DNA of 64,000 nt, from NCBI GenBank assembly GCA_002773945.1, contig PEZT01000016.1:11655-75654 (forward strand). The letters are read 5' to 3'. Every line of letters starts with the position of its first letter. Position 1 is the stretch's first letter. Source of the DNA: Candidatus Beckwithbacteria bacterium CG10_big_fil_rev_8_21_14_0_10_34_10 (GTDB lineage: Bacteria; Patescibacteriota; Microgenomatia; UBA1400). Under the pieces are notes generated by a model that was not told the DNA's origin, searched no databases, and worked only from the letters and a program-made list of their open reading frames with translations. The translations under genes were made by a program, and so were the position numbers. This document shows, in pieces, positions 56,308 to 64,000 of the stretch.

Positions 56308-57864
56308 TCAAGAAGGCATTTTATTTAAATGATGAAAATCTTGTTTTTTAATATTCTTAATGTATTCATTAAATTCCGCTTGTATCAAATTTGCCTTTTC
56401 TTTGTAAACTTTTAAAACTCTTTGGTAATAAGTTTTCTCTAATTTTTGTCCTTTCTGGCTTTCTTCCATTGTTATTGCTGGTCCGCTAGAAAAAGGCATC
56501 ATGCAATATTTTTTTAAATAAAGGTAACAGCATTTTGCTCTTAATTGCTGTTTGGTAGAAAGTTTTTTAAGTAATAAATTCTTCAACATCCCAAAATACT
56601 CTTTTTTAGATTTGGGTTCAATAGTAAAACCTAGGTGGTCGTAGAATGTATTACCGGCAATAATGGATGGGATACCTTTCAGGGCAGGCATTTCTACTCC
56701 CGCTGTACCAGTACAAGTTACTATCATATCAGCTACATTTAAAACAGTTGAAGCTTTAATCTTGCTACTCTGAGAAATAAACCTCATGTGAGAAGGTAAA
56801 TTTTTCATTTTTTTATTTAAGTTTAGATCTTTAGTTGGATAATACTTGTTTCCTGGATGCTCTTTAAAAATCCAATTTTTAGATTTATCATTTAGGGCAA
56901 ATTTGTAGGTTTGAATAAACCAATCATAATAATCCTTAAAAAGCATTTCTTTATAATGTGAATGGGGATAATCATTAAAAGCGTGCAGCATCACAAATAT
57001 ATTTTTTTTACTAATATCAAGTTTCATTTTTTTTATAAACGATTCTCTAGTAACCTCACTAAAAACAACATTATCATAACCAGCGGAAAGGGCTCCATAA
57101 TATGAATTGTCGACCTGATTAATAAACTTTTCAAAGTCCTTCTCCACTGATTTACTGTGTTTTTTTGCTAATAAATCCACTATTTTTTTAGAAGGCTTTA
57201 AGGCATAATTATACATTTGTTTTAAGCTATTAAAAACGCTCATGGCAATAATTTCATGACCCCCTCCTTTCCAATAAACCGGAATCTTTTTTTGCATTGC
57301 TACTCGAGAAAGAGGGCCAGATTTTAAACCAATATGATGAGAAACTAATATTGCCTTGACAGGATAATTATTGAAAACAAATCGAGCTTTTTTATCATTT
57401 ATTAAGACTCTGTAAAATATAGTTATTATCCTAAAATCTAAACAGTGCAAAGTAGCAAGGGAAAAAACTGATAAATAACAATCATAAACAAAATCTCCGT
57501 ATGGAATTTTATTAAATTTAAAAGAAAGAAGGTCTTTCTTTATTAAAACATAATAAAAATAGTAAAAAGTAGAAAGTAAAACAAAGTAAAACTTCTCTAA
57601 AAAATTTATTTTAGGAAAACTAATAAATAAGGAATTTGGTGAATAGCTTCGCATTAGCTCTTCATTAGTATAGTTAAATTTTATCCAGGCTATGCGCCAA
57701 TTCTTTGCCTGAGCAACTATCTTTGCGGCCACTGCATTAGAATGATTAATAACAGGGTGGCTTTGTGTTTCTACTAAAAGAAATTTTTTTGACTCAACTT
57801 CTTTAAATTTTAGCCAAAATTTTTTATTGATTTTTATAAATTTATTTTTTCTATTTTTTTTCAT
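56308..57864 (-). CDS. Capsule-biosynthesis (KpsS-like) GT-B protein
   Basis: HAFND.PH, WIFKEHP, VTCTGTAGVE. Confidence 0.55.
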   Translation of the reverse strand: MKKNRKNKFIKINKKFWLKFKEVESKKFLLVETQSHPVINHSNAVAAKIVAQAKNWRIAWIKFNYTNEELMRSYSPNSLFISFPKINFLEKFYFVLLSTFYYFYYVLIKKDLLSFKFNKIPYGDFVYDCYLSVFSLATLHCLDFRIITIFYRVLINDKKARFVFNNYPVKAILVSHHIGLKSGPLSRVAMQKKIPVYWKGGGHEIIAMSVFNSLKQMYNYALKPSKKIVDLLAKKHSKSVEKDFEKFINQVDNSYYGALSAGYDNVVFSEVTRESFIKKMKLDISKKNIFVMLHAFNDYPHSHYKEMLFKDYYDWFIQTYKFALNDKSKNWIFKEHPGNKYYPTKDLNLNKKMKNLPSHMRFISQSSKIKASTVLNVADMIVTCTGTAGVEMPALKGIPSIIAGNTFYDHLGFTIEPKSKKEYFGMLKNLLLKKLSTKQQLRAKCCYLYLKKYCMMPFSSGPAITMEESQKGQKLEKTYYQRVLKVYKEKANLIQAEFNEYIKNIKKQDFHHLNKMPS

Positions 57865-57873
57865 AATAAATCA

Positions 57874-58812
57874 TCATTTTCTCGATACTTTAACAATTTG
57901 ATAAAAAGGGACTATTTTCCCTCCATAACTTAATTTATAACCGCCACGTTTAGGACTATTAATACCTAGCATATCCAATTCCTTAAGTCCTAAAGTTTTG
58001 TTTAGATAAACGCAGGCATCATAAAAATTTTTTGTTCCCACTCCCAATTTTTTCAAGCTTGGGTCTGTCCCGGCAAAAAGATGATATGCCCTAAATCGAT
58101 CATAAACAAAAAAACTGGCCATGGCTGGTTTCTTATTAGCTTCTGTGACTAAAAGTTTTCCTGCTTTAGCTCGGAGTAAATTTTTACAAATATTCATAAA
58201 AATTCTTGTTTGTTCTTTTGTTCTTTTAACTCCTTGCCTTTTTAAAGTTGCTTCATTAAAAGAACTTAACAACGCTATATCATTAGACTCTTTAGTCAAA
58301 AAGCGAATATCATTATTTTTATTTAAATCTCGGGTTCTTAACCTAGCATAACCTGAAGTATTCCCGGCTTTTGAAATATCCAAAAGACTGGTATAACGAA
58401 TAGAAATTTTATAATAACCTTTTTCTCTTTGATGATAATTAATCCAGTCAAAGGGACGCATATCAACAATATCCCAATGATTATTAAATTCAACTTTTTG
58501 ATAATGAGAAAATAAATATTTTCCAAAACACTCCAAAGCATTAAAAACAATTAGATTGCGGCGATAATTTCTCAAATTAGATAAATCTTTAAAGATAATA
58601 CCCCTGTAGGCCTGATAAGGCATTAATTTAATTCTTTTTGAAGATTCAGTAAAGGCAAACCCGGCAATAGTTTCTTCTCCCTGGAAACATCTTAAATATT
58701 TTACAGGCTGATTATAACTTTTGAGATAAAAGCTTTTACAAAAAACTGTTCCTTGAGGTGATACATTAACAAAAGTGTCCCAGCTATCTTTATCCCATTT
58801 ATTTATTTTCAT
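57874..58812 (-). CDS. Tandem-GNAT (FemAB-like) acyltransferase
   Basis: WDTFV..SPQGTVF, YTSLLD, AYHLFAG, LDMLGINSP.R..YKLSYGG. Confidence 0.72.
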   Translation of the reverse strand: MKINKWDKDSWDTFVNVSPQGTVFCKSFYLKSYNQPVKYLRCFQGEETIAGFAFTESSKRIKLMPYQAYRGIIFKDLSNLRNYRRNLIVFNALECFGKYLFSHYQKVEFNNHWDIVDMRPFDWINYHQREKGYYKISIRYTSLLDISKAGNTSGYARLRTRDLNKNNDIRFLTKESNDIALLSSFNEATLKRQGVKRTKEQTRIFMNICKNLLRAKAGKLLVTEANKKPAMASFFVYDRFRAYHLFAGTDPSLKKLGVGTKNFYDACVYLNKTLGLKELDMLGINSPKRGGYKLSYGGKIVPFYQIVKVSRK

Positions 58813-59804
58813 TATTTATCTCCATTTATTTCTTTCAACAATTCTTTTCGAGAATTTATTCTTTTTATCTCTTTCTGGGGAAAAGAAAATACTTGTTTAT
58901 TAGTAGGAATATAAGATATCACTTTTTTCCCCACAATAAAAGCAATAAACAATGCCATACTACTAGAACCAATTACAATATCTGCCCATATACAATCCTG
59001 AACAAGTAAATTCCTGGCTGGATTGGAAATAGATACAAGCTTTCTAATCCTTTTATATCTTTCACTCTTCAACATTTCAGAGTATTTATTTATTTTTTCA
59101 GCTGGATGCAGTCTAATTTTAAGTTCTAATAGAATTCCCATCGATCGTGATTTAATAATTTTTAATAAATCTTTAATCACTTCATATTCCGTATAACCAA
59201 AATAGTGAGAATTTCTATACTTTTTTAACGCAGATTGGAAGATTGGCTCGGATATATATAAAATTCTCATCTTTTTATTTTGATGTTGTTTTTTGTTATT
59301 CTGCTCCACTTTTTTAGCTTGTTCGAGGCTCTCTTCAAAATAAGGATTTTTTATCTGAAGTATAATTTTTTTAGGAAATCCATTTTTTAAAGCAATTCTA
59401 TAGGCCCATCTGTCACCCACAAATATATAATCTGGTAAGTTCATTTTCCAATCTCCTGGATAGCCAAATCTTTCTCTATAATTAATCCAATGGTCAAGAA
59501 AACAAGCTGTTTTAATATTATTTTTCTTTGCTGATTTTATAAAATCAATTTCTAAACTAGATCCACCACCTGACCCAGTTAAAACTAAATCAGGTTGAAA
59601 TAATTTTAAAATTTTTTCAATCCTGTGATTTTTTAAATGTAGTGCCTCTGCATATATACTTATTTTTTTCTCTAAAAATATCTTTTTCGCCGGACCTGCT
59701 AAATATAGCAACCATTTAAAATCTCCTTTATTTTTTTTTACCAAAGAAGCAAGAATATTAGCGCCACCAGCATCATGAGAGACAACTAAAATCTTCTTTT
59801 TCAC
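58812..59804 (-). CDS. Hypothetical GT-B-like protein, candidate CMP-sugar transferase
   Basis: HDAGGAN, LDHWINY..RF, LPD, RLHPAE, SMAL; follows the cytidylyltransferase and aminotransferase genes. Confidence 0.5.
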   Translation of the reverse strand: MKKKILVVSHDAGGANILASLVKKNKGDFKWLLYLAGPAKKIFLEKKISIYAEALHLKNHRIEKILKLFQPDLVLTGSGGGSSLEIDFIKSAKKNNIKTACFLDHWINYRERFGYPGDWKMNLPDYIFVGDRWAYRIALKNGFPKKIILQIKNPYFEESLEQAKKVEQNNKKQHQNKKMRILYISEPIFQSALKKYRNSHYFGYTEYEVIKDLLKIIKSRSMGILLELKIRLHPAEKINKYSEMLKSERYKRIRKLVSISNPARNLLVQDCIWADIVIGSSSMALFIAFIVGKKVISYIPTNKQVFSFPQKEIKRINSRKELLKEINGDK

Positions 59805-61105
59805 TTTATTGTTTTCCGTAGCTTATATACTTTTTCAAAAGCTTTTATTACATCGTCAAGATCTTTCTTTTCCATTGAGGCATGGATTAAATCAAGTTGA
59901 AATAGCTGTTTATTGTTCAAGTCTTCCGCTACTGGACAAATCCCTTTTTTATAATTTGGTTTTCCCTTATACCATGGACATTTAAAAGGACAGCCTTTTT
60001 TACCATATGCAATCATTTTTTGATAAATTGGTTGCAAATAAAGAGGCTTACCGCCACGAGCAGCAATCAATATCCCCTCTCTTTCCCGGCCTTTGGTAGG
60101 AGCCAATTCTGCCTTAACAGCATTAATAAATTTATTACGTGAAATACCAACTATATTCTCATCATATTTAAAACATTGAATATAGTAAACATTGGAACAT
60201 CCTCTTCTTAAAGCCGGTGGTATAATTCCAGGTAGTGATTTTAATTTTTCGGCAATATAATTTGCGTTAGACGTTCGTTTCTTTAATAAATTTTTTAATT
60301 TTAGCAATTGGCATCTGGCTATTGCTGCCTCAATTTCTGTCATTCTAAAATTAAAACCAATCATATTAACTAGATTATTAACTCCCATTTTTCCTACCAC
60401 TGCTTCAGCGTGATTACGGATTAATCTTATTCTTTCAGCCAATTTATCATTGCTTGTCACTACCATGCCGCCTTCACCTGTATGAATATGTTTATGATAA
60501 TTCAAGGAAAATACACCAATATCTCCTAAGGTACCCGCATATTCCTCTCTATAAGTAGCCCCAATCGCCTGGGCACAATCTTCTATAATATAAAGGTTGT
60601 GTTTTTTGGCTAAGGCATTTATTTTCTCTCTATCATAAGGCTGCCCATAAATATCAACAACAAGGATTGCCTTAGTATATTTTGTAATTCTTTTTTCTAC
60701 TGATTTTGGATCAAGACAGAAATAATCTTCTTCAATATCAGCAAAAACAGGGATGGCATTAAAAACTAAAATGCTGGTTGCTGAAGCAGACATCGTACAG
60801 GGAGAAACTATAACTTCGTCGCCTGGCCCAATTCCACAAGCCCCTACAGCACAATAAAGCCCTGAAGTGCAGGAATTAACCGAAATTGCATGTTTAACTT
60901 TAAAATATCTTGCCCATTCTTTTTCTACTGCCTTAATTTGCGGCCCACCATAAAAACCAGGATCCCAAGAACCTAAGAATTTTGACAAGATTCCTGATTT
61001 TAAAACTTTTTCTACTGCCTTTATCTCTTTGCTATTAATCACCTTATAGGCCGGGAAAGGCTTGTTCCTTATCTTTGACCCACCGTTAATTGCCAACTTC
61101 TCCAT
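59801..61105 (-). CDS. DegT/DnrJ/EryC1/StrS sugar aminotransferase
   Basis: VNSCTSGL, IEDCAQ, FSLNYHKHIHTGEGG, GFNFRMTE, CPVAE. Confidence 0.93.
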   Translation of the reverse strand: MEKLAINGGSKIRNKPFPAYKVINSKEIKAVEKVLKSGILSKFLGSWDPGFYGGPQIKAVEKEWARYFKVKHAISVNSCTSGLYCAVGACGIGPGDEVIVSPCTMSASATSILVFNAIPVFADIEEDYFCLDPKSVEKRITKYTKAILVVDIYGQPYDREKINALAKKHNLYIIEDCAQAIGATYREEYAGTLGDIGVFSLNYHKHIHTGEGGMVVTSNDKLAERIRLIRNHAEAVVGKMGVNNLVNMIGFNFRMTEIEAAIARCQLLKLKNLLKKRTSNANYIAEKLKSLPGIIPPALRRGCSNVYYIQCFKYDENIVGISRNKFINAVKAELAPTKGREREGILIAARGGKPLYLQPIYQKMIAYGKKGCPFKCPWYKGKPNYKKGICPVAEDLNNKQLFQLDLIHASMEKKDLDDVIKAFEKVYKLRKTIK

Positions 61106-61111
61106 ATTTAA

Positions 61112-61858
61112 TTATCCTTCCTCAGTTTTTTTATGCCTAACTTTCTGGTTAATCTTGAGAAATTTTGGATTTTTTAAAAGAAATTCTACTACCTTTTTAG
61201 CTGAAAAAAAAGGATCTTTAGGAAGTAGATTCTTAAAAAGAATATTAATTAATTTATAATCATTTATTTCATCTAAAGTAACCCTCAAGTTAGGCCAATA
61301 CATTTTACCTTTAGCTTTAATGTTTTTTATTTTAAATTCTTCAGGATGTCTATAAATATAATAAGTGCTATGCACCCTTTCAATAGGATCATTAGCAAGC
61401 TTATCAATCTTTTCTAAAACCTCTAAGGAAAGCACTTGTACATCAAAGCCATCCGGATAAGACCTTTCAAGCGCATTAGAAATATAATTATATTTACCTT
61501 CTAAAAATACTTCTATCGCCTCGTCAATATGTCTAAAATCGATTAAGGGGCAATCTCCTGTCAGGACGACCACTATTTTAGCCCTAGAAGCCTTAGCCGC
61601 TTCTAAAATTCTTCTCAAAACATCATTTTCACTGCCTCGATAAAATTTAATTTTATAACTTTTACAAAAATCAACTATTTTATTGTCTTTCTTGTTAATA
61701 GTAGTGGCAACTATAATCTCATTAATATATTTGCTTTTCTTAATTCTATCAATCATTCTTTTTAAGGCAGGCTCACCGGCTAAAGACATAAGAACCTTGC
61801 CAGGCAACCGACTAGAACCCATTCTTGCTTCAATAGTACAAACTATTTTTTTATTCAT
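61112..61858 (-). CDS. SpsF-type acylneuraminate/ulosonate cytidylyltransferase
   Basis: EARMGSSRLPGKVL, RGSENDVL.R, TGDCPLID, YPDG.DV, RVTLD...D. Confidence 0.88.
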   Translation of the reverse strand: MNKKIVCTIEARMGSSRLPGKVLMSLAGEPALKRMIDRIKKSKYINEIIVATTINKKDNKIVDFCKSYKIKFYRGSENDVLRRILEAAKASRAKIVVVLTGDCPLIDFRHIDEAIEVFLEGKYNYISNALERSYPDGFDVQVLSLEVLEKIDKLANDPIERVHSTYYIYRHPEEFKIKNIKAKGKMYWPNLRVTLDEINDYKLINILFKNLLPKDPFFSAKKVVEFLLKNPKFLKINQKVRHKKTEEG

Positions 61859-62835
61859 TTAGCTTCTTTTATCAACTTCATACATATTTCTTGAGTTTTT
61901 AAAGCATTTTCTCCACAAGATAATAATTTTTCTTTTTTTTCAACATGACCAATAATATTATCTATTAATTTTAATAGTCCTTCATTAATATTAGTTTGTT
62001 TTATTACTCGCTCGCCTAAATCCTTATAGTCAGAAAAAATAGGATCTTGACGAACAGCTTGCAGACTGTATTGCAACCCAAACTGATAGATATTAATTCT
62101 TATCTTGCTAAATAATAAATCCATTTCCCCAATACTATACTCTTTTGCATTTCCCGCAATAAGATGAACTTTTATATTGTTTTTAAACTTTAGAAAAATA
62201 TCTAAAGTAGGATCAGTTTTTTTATAATCAATAGTTTTTGCAAGAATTTTATATGATATAACCTCCCCAAAAAAATATCTTAACAAATCGATTACATGTG
62301 ATCCATTATTTAAAATTCCCTTAGTGTAAATTACTGATGTGTTGATAAAACTACCATACCTCCCATTATCAATATTATATTTTATTTTTTGAATGGTGCT
62401 ATCAAACCTTCGGTTAAAATTTACTGTTAAAGAAATCTTGTTTTTTTTATATTCCATCAGTACTTTTTTAGCCAGTCGGCTATCATTACTTAGTGGCTTC
62501 TCGCAAATGACTGCTTTTGGTTTATAATCCAAAACTACTTTTAATACTTTGACATGTGTTTCTGTAGGCGTACAAATATAAACAAGGTCAGGTTTTATTT
62601 GAGAAAACATCTCTTTTAATCCAATAAAAGGAACTGTTTTCCACTTACGAGCAAATGTCACTGCTTTTTTATAAAAAAGATCATAAACTCCAACAAGATC
62701 AGTTTTTTTATGAATACTAATAGCATGAGCGTGAGTTAAAACATTCTTATCTTGAAGCGAATCATACCCACCAGCTATATTACCGCAACCTATAATTACT
62801 GCTTTATATTTATGATTATTTTCCGTAACTTTCAT
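61855..62835 (-). CDS. Gfo/Idh/MocA NAD(P)-dependent oxidoreductase
   Basis: IIGCGNIA, ICTP..TH, CEKP, NFNRRF, NGSHVID. Confidence 0.9.
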   Translation of the reverse strand: MKVTENNHKYKAVIIGCGNIAGGYDSLQDKNVLTHAHAISIHKKTDLVGVYDLFYKKAVTFARKWKTVPFIGLKEMFSQIKPDLVYICTPTETHVKVLKVVLDYKPKAVICEKPLSNDSRLAKKVLMEYKKNKISLTVNFNRRFDSTIQKIKYNIDNGRYGSFINTSVIYTKGILNNGSHVIDLLRYFFGEVISYKILAKTIDYKKTDPTLDIFLKFKNNIKVHLIAGNAKEYSIGEMDLLFSKIRINIYQFGLQYSLQAVRQDPIFSDYKDLGERVIKQTNINEGLLKLIDNIIGHVEKKEKLLSCGENALKTQEICMKLIKEAK

Positions 62836-62837
62836 TT

Positions 62838-64000
62838 TTATGCTAATCTTTTAAACCCAGCGTGGCAAACAGAACCTTTTAAATGCTTTTCTGGATTACC
62901 TTCTTTTACAGCTTTAGCTATAAAAGCAAATACTTCATCTAACGCTTCTAAGTATTTTTTAACGTGCTTTTTTTTATGGGCATAGGAAGCATAAAAACTT
63001 GTGCTAGCCAGGAACCCTTTTTCTAGCATTAATTGAGTAAAAATAGTTTTTAGAACCAGTTGTTTTTTGTGTTTGAAAGAAAAATGTCCAATGGCATTAG
63101 TGCCAGAAACATTTATTTTAAGTCCATGTTTTTGAGCTGTTGATTGCCAGCCCTTTTTTATTTGCCCACCAATATTCTGCAAATAACTATAAACATGATA
63201 GCACTTTGATTTTCTGATGGTGGCTAGGCTGGCTACTAATCCAATTCTTTCAGTCCAAGAAGTGCTACTAATAAAAGTATCTTGGGCAATTTGCATTATT
63301 TTTCTCTTGCCAATAATTACCCCCATAGAATAACCATTACTTATGGCTTTGGCAAAAACAGCTATATCAGGCTCCATCTCTAGCTGAAGATGGGCTCCTC
63401 CCTCATTAAGCCTAAAACCCATACTCACTTCATCAATAATCAAAACAATACCAAGCTTTTTAGTTATTTCAACAATGGTGTCAATAAATTCTCTTTCAGG
63501 TTGATTATGTCTTAACGGCTCCATAATCACTGCCCCAATTTTATCTCTGTGTTTTTTGATTAGCCACAAAAATTGCTTAGTTTTATTAAATTTAAAAGGA
63601 TAAGATGTTCTTTTTAAGACTCGAGGAACGCCTAGTGGATTAAGTCCAGGCAGTAAATGACCATCTAAAGCTTTTTTATCAGCCAGATTAGATGATAAAT
63701 ACCAATCATGCCAACCATGATAACCACAAAACAAAATCACATCTTTTTTTGTCCTGGCTCGGGCAATTCTAATTGCTACGGCCACTGCTTCTCCCCCTGT
63801 CCGAGTATAGCGAACCATTTGCGCCCAAGGGTGAATCTTAATCAACAATTTTGCTAATTCCACTTCTTCAGGTGCATTTAAAATACTTATATTTCCTTTA
63901 TCAACTGCATTTTTTACTGCCCGATCAACATCTGAATCGGCATATCCTAAAATACAAGCCCCTACAGACATCTGACCCATATCAATATATTTTTTATCAT
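62838..64000 (-). CDS. Class III PLP-dependent aminotransferase (GSA-aminomutase-like), 5' partial
   Basis: Frame stays open past the window end (..DKKYIDMGQM); RTGGEA, GYHGWHDW, IDEV, FAKAISNG. Confidence 0.88.
   Translation of the reverse strand, partial: DKKYIDMGQMSVGACILGYADSDVDRAVKNAVDKGNISILNAPEEVELAKLLIKIHPWAQMVRYTRTGGEAVAVAIRIARARTKKDVILFCGYHGWHDWYLSSNLADKKALDGHLLPGLNPLGVPRVLKRTSYPFKFNKTKQFLWLIKKHRDKIGAVIMEPLRHNQPEREFIDTIVEITKKLGIVLIIDEVSMGFRLNEGGAHLQLEMEPDIAVFAKAISNGYSMGVIIGKRKIMQIAQDTFISSTSWTERIGLVASLATIRKSKCYHVYSYLQNIGGQIKKGWQSTAQKHGLKINVSGTNAIGHFSFKHKKQLVLKTIFTQLMLEKGFLASTSFYASYAHKKKHVKKYLEALDEVFAFIAKAVKEGNPEKHLKGSVCHAGFKRLA

Noticed and set aside
3355-62985. Short plus-strand ORFs in the track (3355, 6092, 6521, 7214, 7748, 8540, 10876, 15000, 15802, 16385, 17793, 20873, 26100, 26505, 33858, 39521, 39861, 51496, 58121, 61062, 62752) and the nested minus-strand ORF at 58338
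   Set aside because: They lie antisense to or inside well-supported genes and show no motifs; treated as shadow ORFs
62838-64000. Calling the class III aminotransferase hemL
   Set aside because: Sugar-pathway context, GYHGWHDW variant and no other tetrapyrrole genes; only the fold is supported
1-64000. CRISPR arrays, tRNA/rRNA genes, IS elements, prophage or known defence systems
   Set aside because: Intergenic gaps are short (at most ~250 nt); no spaced repeats, cloverleafs, transposase, integrase or nuclease motifs were recognised by eye

Overview
AT-rich, gene-dense bacterial window. Standard genetic code (TGA is used as a stop), many overlapping stop/start codons, few Shine-Dalgarno sites. 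Gene content and protein style point to Patescibacteria/CPR, probably Microgenomates (inference). Nearly all genes are on the minus strand. 1-16 kb is an unusual division/cell-wall cluster: mraZ-rsmH-ftsL-ftsI-murE, a split GlmU flanking a HAD gene, pgeF, a MurC-MurB fusion, murA, two small orphan ORFs, glmS, glmR/yvcK, an alpha/beta hydrolase and a membrane-anchored murF (partial). 16-19 kb holds recO, alpha2-type glycyl-tRNA synthetase and a membrane protein. 19-64 kb is a ~45-kb surface-glycan locus: DUF4012 protein, priming phosphoglycosyl transferase, ManC, many GT2/GT4 enzymes, Wzx, a WaaL/Wzy-like protein, about eight GT-C-like membrane proteins, a plus-strand UDP-xylose/epimerase cassette, and a cytidylyltransferase/aminotransferase (nonulosonate-like) cassette that runs off the right end. 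No rRNA, tRNA, CRISPR array or transposase was recognised. The best leads are the acetyltransferase-HAD-uridyltransferase trio (possible GlmM-independent UDP-GlcNAc route), the LCP-like DUF4012 protein plus the GT-C set, a membrane-anchored HicB-like protein, and a promoter-terminator unit upstream of mraZ. All product calls come from reading motifs by eye; no searches were run.
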